From positions 5,184 through 69,183 of the forward strand of contig CAJWQP010000002.1 in NCBI GenBank assembly GCA_913045445.1: 64,000 nucleotides of DNA, given 5' to 3'. Position 1 is the stretch's first letter. Each line of letters begins with the position of its first letter. This stretch comes from an uncultured Nitrospina sp. GTDB lineage: Bacteria; Nitrospinota; Nitrospinia; Nitrospinales; VA-1. The position numbers and the translations under genes were made by a program. Under the pieces are notes generated by a model that saw nothing but the letters and a program-made list of their open reading frames with translations, was not told the DNA's origin and made no database searches. Of this stretch, positions 1 through 9,769 are shown in pieces.

Positions 1-1
1 G

Positions 2-223
2 GAAGGCATTTTCACTGAGACTGCTGGTGGCGTGACCGTTGGTGTCACCAAAAAACTGGTCCAGCAAGGACGCATCAAACCAGATGAAACAACGGTCATC
101 TGTGTCACAGGAAATGGACTCAAAACGGTTGAAGCCCTGAATGGGCAGTACTCCGACCTTGCGGTCATCGAACCTAAGTTAAATAGCTTTGAAGAAATAT
201 ATTCCAACAGCGTAACTGCATAA
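2..223 (+). CDS. thrC: threonine synthase, C-terminal fragment (5' end outside window)
   Basis: The frame is open from the window edge. EGIFTETAGGVTVGV...TVICVTGNGLKT resembles the conserved C-terminal region of ThrC. Assigned by eye. Confidence 0.55.
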   Translation, partial: EGIFTETAGGVTVGVTKKLVQQGRIKPDETTVICVTGNGLKTVEALNGQYSDLAVIEPKLNSFEEIYSNSVTA

Positions 224-244
224 CAGTATCAAGGAGATTTAAAC

Positions 245-529
245 ATGGCAGTCAAAGTAAGAATTCCCACCCCCTTAATGAAGCTGACAGGCAATCAGGC
301 TGAGGTGTCGGCTGAAGGTGGAACTATTTCCGATATTCTCAACAACCTGGAGCACCAGTTCAACGGAATAAAAGAACGGATTTGCGAAGAAAATGGGGCA
401 CCCAGGCGATTCATAAATATTTACCTCAATGAAGAAGATATCCGTTTTCTCGATGGTGAAAAAACAGCCGTGAAAGATGGTGACGAAATTTCGATCATTC
501 CAGCTATCGCCGGTGGAGTTGGAGCTTGA
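245..529 (+). CDS. ThiS/MoaD/CysO-type sulfur-carrier protein (beta-grasp) with a C-terminal extension after the Gly-Gly
   Basis: 94 aa. The C-terminus is ...DGDEISIIPAIAGG-VGA. An aaggag SD lies 8 nt upstream of the ATG. The stop overlaps the next gene's ATG (TGATG). Confidence 0.7.
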   Translation: MAVKVRIPTPLMKLTGNQAEVSAEGGTISDILNNLEHQFNGIKERICEENGAPRRFINIYLNEEDIRFLDGEKTAVKDGDEISIIPAIAGGVGA

Positions 530-1335
530 TGATCGACTTTACTGATGAACAAATAGAGCGCTACAGCCGCCATATCATTCTTCCTGAAGTGGGTGGCGCA
601 GGCCAGCAGAAAATGCTGGAAGCCAGGGTTCTGCTTCTCGGAGCGGGAGGACTGGGTTCGCCCGCCGCATATTATCTCGCCGCCGCTGGCATAGGCAACC
701 TCGGGATAGTTGACTTCGATACCGTAGACCTGAGTAATCTTCAAAGGCAGATCATCCACTCAACCAAGCGGATAGGAATGTTAAAAACTGAATCCGCTAA
801 AAAAACGATCCAGGCACTTAACCCTGATGTAAAAGTCACTCTCTACAACGAGAGGCTGGAGTCAGGCAACATCATGGAGTTGATAGAAAACTACGATTAC
901 GTTGTGGATGGATCAGATAATTTCCCGACCCGGTATCTCGTAAATGATGCCTGTGTTATGAAAAATAAAACTCTCATTCATGGCAGTATCTATCGGTTTG
1001 AAGGGCAAGTCACCGTCTTCAAACCCGATGAAGGCCCTTGTTACAGATGTTTATATCCCGAACCCCCTCCTCCTGGAATGGTTCCTAACTGTCAGGAAGG
1101 TGGGGTACTGGGTGTTTTGGCAGGGGTGATAGGAAACCTGCAGGTTGTAGAAACATTAAAACTGATTCTGGGAATTGGCAAACCGCTGATCGGAAAACTC
1201 CTTATCTACGATGCCCTCAACACAGAGTTTCGTAATCTCAAATTAAGGAAGGATGCCAAATGCCCCGTCTGTGGTGATAACCCAACTATCAAGGAATTGG
1301 TCGACTACGAAGAGTTTTGTGGTTTGCCGAGATAA
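529..1335 (+). CDS. moeB: ThiF/MoeB/HesA-family adenylyltransferase (E1-like), no rhodanese domain
   Basis: Has the YSRHIILPEVGGAGQQKL...LGAGGLGSP nucleotide-binding motif and paired CxxC motifs (CYRC...CPVC). The ATG at 529 is preferred over the TTG at 526. Confidence 0.8.
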   Translation: MIDFTDEQIERYSRHIILPEVGGAGQQKMLEARVLLLGAGGLGSPAAYYLAAAGIGNLGIVDFDTVDLSNLQRQIIHSTKRIGMLKTESAKKTIQALNPDVKVTLYNERLESGNIMELIENYDYVVDGSDNFPTRYLVNDACVMKNKTLIHGSIYRFEGQVTVFKPDEGPCYRCLYPEPPPPGMVPNCQEGGVLGVLAGVIGNLQVVETLKLILGIGKPLIGKLLIYDALNTEFRNLKLRKDAKCPVCGDNPTIKELVDYEEFCGLPR

Positions 1336-1405
1336 TTTAGATTCATATTGAGGATTATTTCATTTTATCTGCACCATTTTGTTAACGTATGAAATCTAAT
1401 CCCTC

Positions 1406-2422
1406 ATGTCAAAATTTAAAATGAAACTCTCATTGCCAACAGAAGTCCAGACCCCCAGCTGTCCGGTAATCACAGACACCTCGGTGCTAAAGACAATCGG
1501 GAATACCCCCCTGATCCGGATAAAGAACCTGGGGCAGGAGTATAAGGGCGTTACCATTTTTGCCAAGGCAGAATGGAAAAACGCGGGTGGATCGGTCAAG
1601 GCACGCCCCGCGCTTAAAATGATTGAGGATGGTGAAAAATCTGGCGCGCTGACAAAAGACAAAACAATACTCGACTCCACATCAGGCAATACAGGAATTG
1701 CTTATGCGCTGATAGGCAAGGTAAAAGGCTATAAAGTAAAACTGGTGATGCCCGCCAATGTCTGCAAAGAACGAAAGGGCCTCATGGCTGATTTCTACGG
1801 TGCTGAAATTGTCACATCCAGTCCGTTTGAAGGGTCTGATGGAGCAATTGTTCTCGCTAAAAAAATCTATGAGGAAAACCCGGACACCTATTTCATGCCA
1901 GACCAGTACAATAACGACTCCAACTGGAAGGCACACTACGAAACAACCGCAAAAGAAATCTGGACACAAACTGATCATCGCGTCACCCATTTTATCGCTG
2001 GAATAGGAACCGGCGGGACCATTATGGGCACCACTCGTGGCCTCAAGGATTTCAACAAGGACATACAATGCTTCGCGCTGGAACCTGAGGAAGAACTACA
2101 CGGACTGGAAGGCTTGAAGCACATGGCCAGTTCAATCGTTCCCGGAATTTATGATGAGTCTGCTCTTGATGGCAAGCTAAGCGTCTCAACCGAATACGCT
2201 TACGATATGGTTGAAACTCTCGAAAAGGAAGAAGGCATTCTTGTAGGCCATTCATCGGCGGCGGCACTTTGCGGTGCGCTGGAACTGGCAAAGAAAATCG
2301 AAAAAGGTGTCATCGTAACAATCTTTCCGGACAGTTGCGATCAATGCTACGTCAATTTTGGAAAATTCAAGGAATATCTGGAAGAACATCAATCCCACAA
2401 ACTGCCTAAAGCCGACGGGTAA
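1406..2422 (+). CDS. cysM: cysteine synthase family PLP enzyme (CysM/CysK-like)
   Basis: Has KAEWKNAGGSVKARPA (PLP lysine region), SGNTGIAYA and GIGTGGT motifs. 338 aa. Confidence 0.8.
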   Translation: MSKFKMKLSLPTEVQTPSCPVITDTSVLKTIGNTPLIRIKNLGQEYKGVTIFAKAEWKNAGGSVKARPALKMIEDGEKSGALTKDKTILDSTSGNTGIAYALIGKVKGYKVKLVMPANVCKERKGLMADFYGAEIVTSSPFEGSDGAIVLAKKIYEENPDTYFMPDQYNNDSNWKAHYETTAKEIWTQTDHRVTHFIAGIGTGGTIMGTTRGLKDFNKDIQCFALEPEEELHGLEGLKHMASSIVPGIYDESALDGKLSVSTEYAYDMVETLEKEEGILVGHSSAAALCGALELAKKIEKGVIVTIFPDSCDQCYVNFGKFKEYLEEHQSHKLPKADG

Positions 2423-2443
2423 CCCTCGCAGTTCTGGCATACC

Positions 2444-2770
2444 ATGTCCCGATTCCAAAAACATCTCTTCATCTGCAACAATAAACGTACCGACGATGAC
2501 CCTCGCGGTTCATGCTTCGCATGTGGAGCAGACGATTTACTCGATTACGCGAAGGGACGTATCCATGAAATGGGATTAAAAGGTAAGGTGCGTGTCAATA
2601 AAGCTGGGTGTCTCGATGCCTGCGCTCATGGCCCAGCGATGGTCGTTTATCCAGACGATGTCTGGTATTCTCCCCAAACAAAAGAAGACATGGAAGAAAT
2701 CATAACGGAACATGTCCAGGACAACCGCGTTGCCAGACGACTGGCTATAGAATTCAAGAAAAAGGCCTGA
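2444..2770 (+). CDS. thioredoxin-like [2Fe-2S] ferredoxin family protein
   Basis: HLFICNNKR...GSCFACGADD...AGCLDACAHGPAMVVYPDDVWY is typical of this family. Confidence 0.65.
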   Translation: MSRFQKHLFICNNKRTDDDPRGSCFACGADDLLDYAKGRIHEMGLKGKVRVNKAGCLDACAHGPAMVVYPDDVWYSPQTKEDMEEIITEHVQDNRVARRLAIEFKKKA

Positions 2771-2898
2771 ACTTTAATCAGGCACGAATCAGACAAAATT
2801 TATTTACCTTGTCACATTATAAATTCAGAAGCTCAATGCCTCTTAATTTCCATTAATTAATAAAGGAAAAATCAATAATTTTTAAACATGCAACTACT

Positions 2899-4674
2899 TT
2901 ACTTCGCACCGCTCCCCGCTTGCAGATTGTAGAGTTTCCAATAAATTCCCTTTTTACGAATCAATTCTTTTTGTGTTCCATATTCAGCAATTTGTCCTTC
3001 CTTAAGGACCAGTATCTTATCAACATGCTTTAAAGTTGATAACCTGTGCGCAATTATAATAGATGTCCTGCCTCGTATGATTTCTTTAATCGCACTTTGT
3101 ATATGCTGTTCGGTCTCTGTGTCGATACTAGAAGTCGCTTCATCCAAAACGAGTATCCTGGGATCGGCCGCCAAGGCCCTGGCAAACGACAGCAATTGCT
3201 TTTGACCGAGAGAAAGCACACTGCCTCGCTCCCGTATTTCCTGTTCATACTTACCCGGCAGGCGATCAACAAATGTATGCAGATTGACAGATTGCGCGAC
3301 TGACTCAATATGCTCGGATGGCAATTCCGTGTTACCCAGGCGAATATTATCTATAATATTTCCAGAAAACAGGAACACATCCTGCTGAACGAGAGAGATG
3401 TGCCGACGCAAGTCATACTTACTCATATCTTTGATAGAGACACCGTCCAATAATATATCCCCTCGGCTGATTTCATAAAACCTGCACAAGGCATTCACGA
3501 GAGACGACTTTCCACCTCCTGTCGCGCCAACAATGGCCAGGCTCTCCCCTTCCCTGACAGTGAACGAAATATCTTTCAGCACGAATTCGTCTTTCTGATA
3601 GGCAAGCCACATATTACGAAACTCAACTTCGCCGCGCATGCGCTTGACCGGAAGTGGAGTAGGCGGATCACTCACATCCTCTGGTGTGTCCAGCAACTCA
3701 AAGGTCCTCTCCGCCGAGGCAATGGCTGTTTGAATAATATTAAATTTCTCGGCAAGATCGCGAATTGGCTCAAAAAATTTCTGCAAATACTGTAGAAATG
3801 CGACCAGAACGCCGAGTTGCATTTGTTCCTGAACAAACTTACCGCCGCCATACCATATCACCAGCGCCATTCCAAGAGCGCTGAACACATCAATTGAGGG
3901 GAGATAAACGGAGTTGTAGTGAATCGCACGAAGGTCTTCCTTAACTTTATCATCGTTAATGTCCCTGAATTTTTCTTCGTGGATTTTCTCCCTGTGAAAA
4001 AGGTGAACAGTTGGCATTCCAGATAAGTTTTCTTCTAGAAACGAATTCAACCGGGTCACATGAGCACGATTTTTCCTCAACGCGTCCCGCGCTCGAACTC
4101 GATAAGCCCGGGTCGCCATAGACAATAAAGGGAACACAATGCACACAACCAAAGTCAATTGCCAGTCCAGATACAGCATCACGCAAAATATTCCCGTCAA
4201 AGTGAACAAGTCGCTGAAGACAAGAATTAACCCAGACGTGAGCATTTCGTTGAGAACTTCAACATCATTAACCACTCGTGTCACAAGTTTTCCTATAGGG
4301 TTCTTGTCGAAGAACTTAAACGACATTCGATGCAAATGAGCAAAGGTCTGGGTCCGCAAGTCATACATCACTTTTTGACCGATGTACTGCATTAAATAAG
4401 TCTGGGCAAACTGAAAGAAAAACGCCATAGCCAAAACAGAAAGATAAATCAGCGCAAGTTGATTCAATCCTTCAAGATTGGACACCGAAATATAATCATC
4501 TATCGCGACTTTGGTAAGGTAGGGTCCGGCAAGACCTAATATGGAAACGCAAAAAAGAAAGAATATAGCCAGCGCCACCAACATGCGATAGGGTTTCAGG
4601 TAAACAATGATCCTCTTAAACAGAGCCCAGTCGAGATCACTGTCCTGCAAATTTTCCTGATGCAGTTCGCTCAT
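2899..4674 (-). CDS. ABC exporter, fused permease/ATPase (MsbA/multidrug type), subunit B
   Basis: N-terminal 6-TM-like region, Walker A GATGGGKSS, signature LSLGQKQ, Walker B ILVLDEATS. It has a 4-nt overlap with the upstream partner. Confidence 0.85.
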   Translation of the reverse strand: MSELHQENLQDSDLDWALFKRIIVYLKPYRMLVALAIFFLFCVSILGLAGPYLTKVAIDDYISVSNLEGLNQLALIYLSVLAMAFFFQFAQTYLMQYIGQKVMYDLRTQTFAHLHRMSFKFFDKNPIGKLVTRVVNDVEVLNEMLTSGLILVFSDLFTLTGIFCVMLYLDWQLTLVVCIVFPLLSMATRAYRVRARDALRKNRAHVTRLNSFLEENLSGMPTVHLFHREKIHEEKFRDINDDKVKEDLRAIHYNSVYLPSIDVFSALGMALVIWYGGGKFVQEQMQLGVLVAFLQYLQKFFEPIRDLAEKFNIIQTAIASAERTFELLDTPEDVSDPPTPLPVKRMRGEVEFRNMWLAYQKDEFVLKDISFTVREGESLAIVGATGGGKSSLVNALCRFYEISRGDILLDGVSIKDMSKYDLRRHISLVQQDVFLFSGNIIDNIRLGNTELPSEHIESVAQSVNLHTFVDRLPGKYEQEIRERGSVLSLGQKQLLSFARALAADPRILVLDEATSSIDTETEQHIQSAIKEIIRGRTSIIIAHRLSTLKHVDKILVLKEGQIAEYGTQKELIRKKGIYWKLYNLQAGSGAK

Positions 4675-6428
4675 TGAAGAGTAATCTCCATTTCCATCGC
4701 CAGCGCCTGGCTTTTAAAGGATCTTGCGTATTCTCCATTCAACAGCATCAATTTATCGTGAGTGCCATCTTCCACTATCTTTCCATTATTCATCACAACT
4801 ATGCGATCCGCTTTGCGAACCGCTGATAGTCGATGAGACACAATCACTGTGGTGACTCCACGCGTGAATTCTTTTATATCGGACAAAATATCTTCTTCTG
4901 TTTCCGCATCGAGACTGGAGAAAGCGTCATCCAGAACAAGAATTTTAGGGCGTGTCAGTAAAGCTCGCGCCAAGGCAATACGCTGAATCTGTCCGCCGGA
5001 AAGCGATACACCCCGCTCACCAACAATTGTTCCTAATCCATCAGGAAACCGGTTCATATCAGCGAGCAAACCTGCCTTCCTAACAACCTCATTTATTTCA
5101 TCGTCTGCAACCTCGTTTACGCCAAAAGTAATATTTTCCCGAATGGTGGCAGAAAACAAATACGGCTCTTGATTAACAAAACCTATGCTCTCACGAAGCA
5201 CCGCCAATGGAATTTCTCGAATCGAATGACCATCAAGAAACAACATATCCTGACCTGCCTCATATAAACGTGGAATCAATTGCACAAGAGTGCTTTTGCC
5301 TGAGCCGATCATACCTACTATCGCCAGGACTTGTCCTTCAGGAATTTTCAATCGAATGTCTTTGAGGGATTCCTGATTTCTTTGTGGATAGAAAAAATCA
5401 AGCCCTCGAAACTCAATCTCGCCCTTCAGGTCAGTGATCGGCTTAACGATGTTCTCGCTATCACAGATTCCTGCCTGCGCTGAAAAAATTTCCTGAATGC
5501 GACTCATAGCCGCCTGCCCCTTCTGGGTAAGGTTGGTGACATAACCGATTCCCATCATTGGCCACGACAACATCAACAGATAACCGTTGAAGGCCACGAA
5601 CGAACCGAGAGTCATATCTTGCAGAATCACAGCTTTACCACCGGCCCAAAGAGAAATCATCGCGGCCACGCCAACAGTCAACATGAGCGAGGGAGTGAAA
5701 ATTCCGAATAACCGGGTCACACTCAAATTCTTTTGAATGTATTCCCGATTGAGTTCATCAAATTTTCTTTTCTCAGCTTCTTCCTGGACAAATGCATGTA
5801 AGACACGAACCCCCGCAAGGTTTTCCTGAACATGTGATGTGATTTTGGCAAGATGCTCCTGAACTACTTCATGACGGCGACCCATTTCTGGAAGAAACTT
5901 CCAAAAAAGTATGGATAGAACCGGGAGCGGAACCAGAACGACAAGAGTGAGCGAAGGATTGATCCAAATCATCAGACTGACACAACATACGATGACTACG
6001 ACACAATCGATCAGGATGAGCAAACCAAGGCCTACGAAATCACGAACCGCACGCAGGTCGTTGGTCGCGCGGGACATCAGGTCTCCTGTTTTCTGACGTA
6101 GAAACCATATCTTGTCAAGTGAAAGGAAATGGGAAAAAAGATTATTTGAAATATCCGTTTCTACTTTGCGCGAGGGACCAAACAAAAGCTTTCGCCAACC
6201 AAACCGTGAAATAGCCTGCACGAAAGCCACAACAAGGAGTATTCCACCGAATCCCATAAGATCAGAACGTGAAGGCCCTTTTGGCAGTTCATCCACCACC
6301 AGCTTGAGCAACAACGGAATCAATAATGCCGCGAAATCGGCCATCAACAGTGCGAAAATACCAGCCGTCATTTCACGACGATATTTCTGCATGTATGGAA
6401 GGTAGGCTTTTAATTTTTCAGGGATCAT
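4671..6428 (-). CDS. ABC exporter, fused permease/ATPase, subunit A (heterodimer partner)
   Basis: Walker A GMIGSGKST, signature LSGGQIQR, Walker B ILVLDDAFS. Confidence 0.85.
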   Translation of the reverse strand: MIPEKLKAYLPYMQKYRREMTAGIFALLMADFAALLIPLLLKLVVDELPKGPSRSDLMGFGGILLVVAFVQAISRFGWRKLLFGPSRKVETDISNNLFSHFLSLDKIWFLRQKTGDLMSRATNDLRAVRDFVGLGLLILIDCVVVIVCCVSLMIWINPSLTLVVLVPLPVLSILFWKFLPEMGRRHEVVQEHLAKITSHVQENLAGVRVLHAFVQEEAEKRKFDELNREYIQKNLSVTRLFGIFTPSLMLTVGVAAMISLWAGGKAVILQDMTLGSFVAFNGYLLMLSWPMMGIGYVTNLTQKGQAAMSRIQEIFSAQAGICDSENIVKPITDLKGEIEFRGLDFFYPQRNQESLKDIRLKIPEGQVLAIVGMIGSGKSTLVQLIPRLYEAGQDMLFLDGHSIREIPLAVLRESIGFVNQEPYLFSATIRENITFGVNEVADDEINEVVRKAGLLADMNRFPDGLGTIVGERGVSLSGGQIQRIALARALLTRPKILVLDDAFSSLDAETEEDILSDIKEFTRGVTTVIVSHRLSAVRKADRIVVMNNGKIVEDGTHDKLMLLNGEYARSFKSQALAMEMEITLQ

Positions 6429-6517
6429 TTGTCGCTACAGGAAAGAAAGGAAACGCGAGATGCTTTTTCCACTTGCAGATTACCCATTCATGAGCAAACC
6501 ACACATTTAAGGAAGAA

Positions 6518-7240
6518 TCACACCAGCCCGTGCGATAGAATCATTACCACTGTTCCCATGCAAAGAGATACCAGGTTTTTATATCCTTTCTCATGCTCTT
6601 CGTAAACGGTCGGGAGAAGGTCGCCTATTGATATAAACAGGAAGGTCCCTGCCGAAATCCCAAGTGCTGTGGCAACAATATAATCGTCAAGTCCCTGAAA
6701 AAAATATATGGTAAATAAAGCTCCGACAGGGGTCGCCAGAGAAAAAATAAACATGGAGAACAATATTTTCTTCTTGGAGTATTCTCCTCCTTTAACAAGC
6801 AAACTACTCAATGCCAAAGCAGCTGGAAATTTATGAATAGTCACAGCGAGGATAATGATAACGCTCAAGTTCATCATAGTCCCGGCGCCAATGGCAATTC
6901 CATCAAGAATACTGTGAAGGCCAATCCCGACATATGCGGCAAGCCCCACCTTGTGATAATTGCATTCACCCTCTTCACAGGGATGCACCATGATAAACTT
7001 TTCCAAAACAAATATGAGAAGGAATCCAAACATGATCGAATAACCCAACTGGCTTTCCAGAACGGTGGCGATTTCCGGAAGGATATGAAAAAATACCGCA
7101 CCCAACAAAATACCCGCACAAAAACTGATAACGAGACGAAAAGTCGTCTGCGACAACAGCTTGACTGTTGGAACCCATCCCCCGATCATTGAGATCGCAA
7201 AAACAAACATTAAAAATGGATAAAATATTGCCTTTTCCAT
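6518..7240 (-). CDS. zupT: ZIP-family divalent metal transporter (ZupT-like)
   Basis: Multi-TM protein with HILPE, HSILDGIAIG and HKFPAALA motifs and a Cys/His/Glu-rich loop (CEEGECNYH). Confidence 0.75.
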   Translation of the reverse strand: MEKAIFYPFLMFVFAISMIGGWVPTVKLLSQTTFRLVISFCAGILLGAVFFHILPEIATVLESQLGYSIMFGFLLIFVLEKFIMVHPCEEGECNYHKVGLAAYVGIGLHSILDGIAIGAGTMMNLSVIIILAVTIHKFPAALALSSLLVKGGEYSKKKILFSMFIFSLATPVGALFTIYFFQGLDDYIVATALGISAGTFLFISIGDLLPTVYEEHEKGYKNLVSLCMGTVVMILSHGLV

Positions 7241-7544
7241 ATGCCTCCAGATGAGTCGAAAACCGGATTCTGGCTCTTCTGCCAGATCATCACAATCTTT
7301 AATTAAGCTGAATCATTACCTTCTGGTTTATTTTCTAGTCCTTTGATGTTGAATCGGCTAAAATGGGTGCCAGAATTCGTGATAAAACCCTAAAAAAAAT
7401 TTTGCCGGACACAGTGATGCAGGTGGATCAAGTAAGTTAGCACATATAAATTCAATTATCTATCAAGAATCCGTTAGTCCACGCCTCCCTGCTGGGCATT
7501 AGATTGTTCGCACTATTTTTCATAATACCTTGGACAACTCTCAC

Positions 7545-8969
7545 ATGTACGCAGTCATTCTGGCTGGAGGTAGCGGGACCCGCTTCTGGCCTAAAAGCAG
7601 GGAACAACTTCCCAAACAATTGCTGAAAATCACAGATCATGGAACCATGATCCAGAACACCCTTGACCGAATGACTCCGGTCATCCCGCCTGAAAACACC
7701 TGGGTGATTACCAACGAAAAGCACGCACTGGAAACCTGTCGCCAACTTGAGCCGATGGGATTTTGCCCCTCTCGGCTGATCGCCGAACCGATTGGGCGAA
7801 ACACGGCCGCGGCCATCGGTTATTCAGCTCGTGTTCTTAGTGAATCAGACCCCTCTGCAATCATGGCTGTTTTTCCGGCAGACCACGCAATCACCACCCC
7901 TGAAGATTTTTGTGAATTACTGCTGAGTGCCAAAACTGTTGCTGAGAGCAACCGTCTCGTTACCCTGGGCATCGAACCCCTGGCACCTGAAACCGGTTAT
8001 GGATACATCAAGAAAGGCCAGGCCTTAAAGAATGATGCCTTCAAGGTAGACCAATTTGTAGAAAAACCTGATCCATCCACAGCAGAAAAATATCTAAAAG
8101 AAGGCGGTTATTACTGGAACAGCGGCATGTTCATGTGGAAAGTCTCCACACTGCTCGATGAAATCAAGACACACATGCCAAATCTTCACGCACAACTTGA
8201 TGCCCTCGCCACCAATACCGTTGAAGCAAAGGGACGCTACCCCTATCGGATGTTAGATGAATCTGGCAAGAAAGTATTTGCCAGCCTGGAATCCATTTCC
8301 ATTGACTATGGGTTGATGGAAAAATCGAACAACACAGCAGTCCTGCCGGCAAACATTGGCTGGAATGATGTAGGTGCATGGACCGCGCTTGAGGATGTTT
8401 CGGAAAAAGATCCCCGGGGTAACGTGGTAACTGGCAGTGTGATTACTATTGACAGCAGTGAATCAATCATTCAGGGAGACAGCAAACTTGTTGCTGCACT
8501 GGGACTGAACAATATGATCGTGGTTGACACGCCCGATGCGCTACTGGTCTGCCCTAAAGACCGGGCACAAGACGTAAAGAAAGTCGTTGAACAAATCAAG
8601 TTAGAAAAGCGTCCTGAAGCGATCTCTTCAATAACAGAAACCCGCCCATGGGGAAACTATACGGTTTTGCAAAAAGAGGCCAACTATCTGGTCAAGCGCA
8701 TCGAAGTTCATCCCGGCGAATCGCTGAGCCTGCAATCGCACGAACACAGAAGCGAGCACTGGACCATCATCAGCGGCACAGCCCAGGTCCAGATTGATGG
8801 AACATCCCACAGCCTGACACGGAACCAATCCATCGAAATTCCCCAGAGAGCCAAACATCGACTGACCAACTCTGGCAAATCCCCACTCATAATCATCGAA
8901 GTCCAACTTGGCGACAGGCTTGACGAAAACGACATCACTCGCTACGAAGATAAATACGGCAGAGCATAA
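7545..8969 (+). CDS. manC: mannose-1-phosphate guanylyltransferase / mannose-6-phosphate isomerase (bifunctional type)
   Basis: MYAVILAGGSGTRFWPKSR N-terminus and a C-terminal cupin (LSLQSHEHRSEHWTIISG). The ATG at 7545 is preferred over the TTG at 7530. Confidence 0.85.
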   Translation: MYAVILAGGSGTRFWPKSREQLPKQLLKITDHGTMIQNTLDRMTPVIPPENTWVITNEKHALETCRQLEPMGFCPSRLIAEPIGRNTAAAIGYSARVLSESDPSAIMAVFPADHAITTPEDFCELLLSAKTVAESNRLVTLGIEPLAPETGYGYIKKGQALKNDAFKVDQFVEKPDPSTAEKYLKEGGYYWNSGMFMWKVSTLLDEIKTHMPNLHAQLDALATNTVEAKGRYPYRMLDESGKKVFASLESISIDYGLMEKSNNTAVLPANIGWNDVGAWTALEDVSEKDPRGNVVTGSVITIDSSESIIQGDSKLVAALGLNNMIVVDTPDALLVCPKDRAQDVKKVVEQIKLEKRPEAISSITETRPWGNYTVLQKEANYLVKRIEVHPGESLSLQSHEHRSEHWTIISGTAQVQIDGTSHSLTRNQSIEIPQRAKHRLTNSGKSPLIIIEVQLGDRLDENDITRYEDKYGRA

Positions 8970-9497
8970 ATAAACTCAGAAAATCTTTTATGCGAGGATG
9001 AGCATCCAGCCTACTCTTGAACGAGTAATGACTGATGGCTGGACAAGATCGCACAAAAGGAACTAAAACACATCTGCAAGCTGAATCTGCAAAACGGTAT
9101 TAAAAATATTCAGAGCAATCGCATTAAAGGTTCAAGCAGTACTTCTTGCTGGACATGATCAGTCAATATGGATGCATGTCGCCAGTGCTCAAGGGGCTTT
9201 GCTATAGTGGTCCTCGCCATCGTTGGATTTTTCCAGAAAGACAAATGAGTCGTTGCCCCGCGCCCATCTCATATTCTTCGCCAATGAGCTAATCACTCTA
9301 CATTGGTATGCCTATTTCTATTTAAGCTGCTCCGCCCATATTTAGCGATTTTTCAGACTTTATTGACCGGGAGGCCCTGCAAAATTAACAAATCTTAATG
9401 TTTAGTTAACGGCATTTTAATTTTGATCCTATAGAGTGTATTCCTTCACCTCTGGAGACAGATCTCCAGCTTATTCAAATTATTCAGGGTACAAAAT

Positions 9498-9674
9498 ATG
9501 ATTCACGAAGTTAAAGTATACGATCCTTCTGGAAAATTACGGAAAGTTATATCTCAAAAAACGCTGGATAAGAGATCGGACAAGCTGTGCCAAGACCCTT
9601 TCCTCTATAGCAAGCCCACAAAGGGACGAAAGAAAAGGCCTTCCGCAATCACCCAGGAACCTATTCCTGTTTAA
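9498..9674 (+). CDS. hypothetical small basic protein (58 aa)
   Basis: An ORF below the track cutoff (MIHEVKVYDPSGKLRKV...). It is preceded by a perfect 7-bp hairpin (ctggaga-caga-tctccag, 9461-9478). The SD is weak. Confidence 0.2.
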   Translation: MIHEVKVYDPSGKLRKVISQKTLDKRSDKLCQDPFLYSKPTKGRKKRPSAITQEPIPV

Positions 9675-9769
9675 TAAATCCATATCTGGCGCTGCCCTGG
9701 TTTAGGGGCAGTGCTGGTGATTGGTTTTATCATTCCCCCACCCTTTAATATTCCCGCTTATATATCGCC

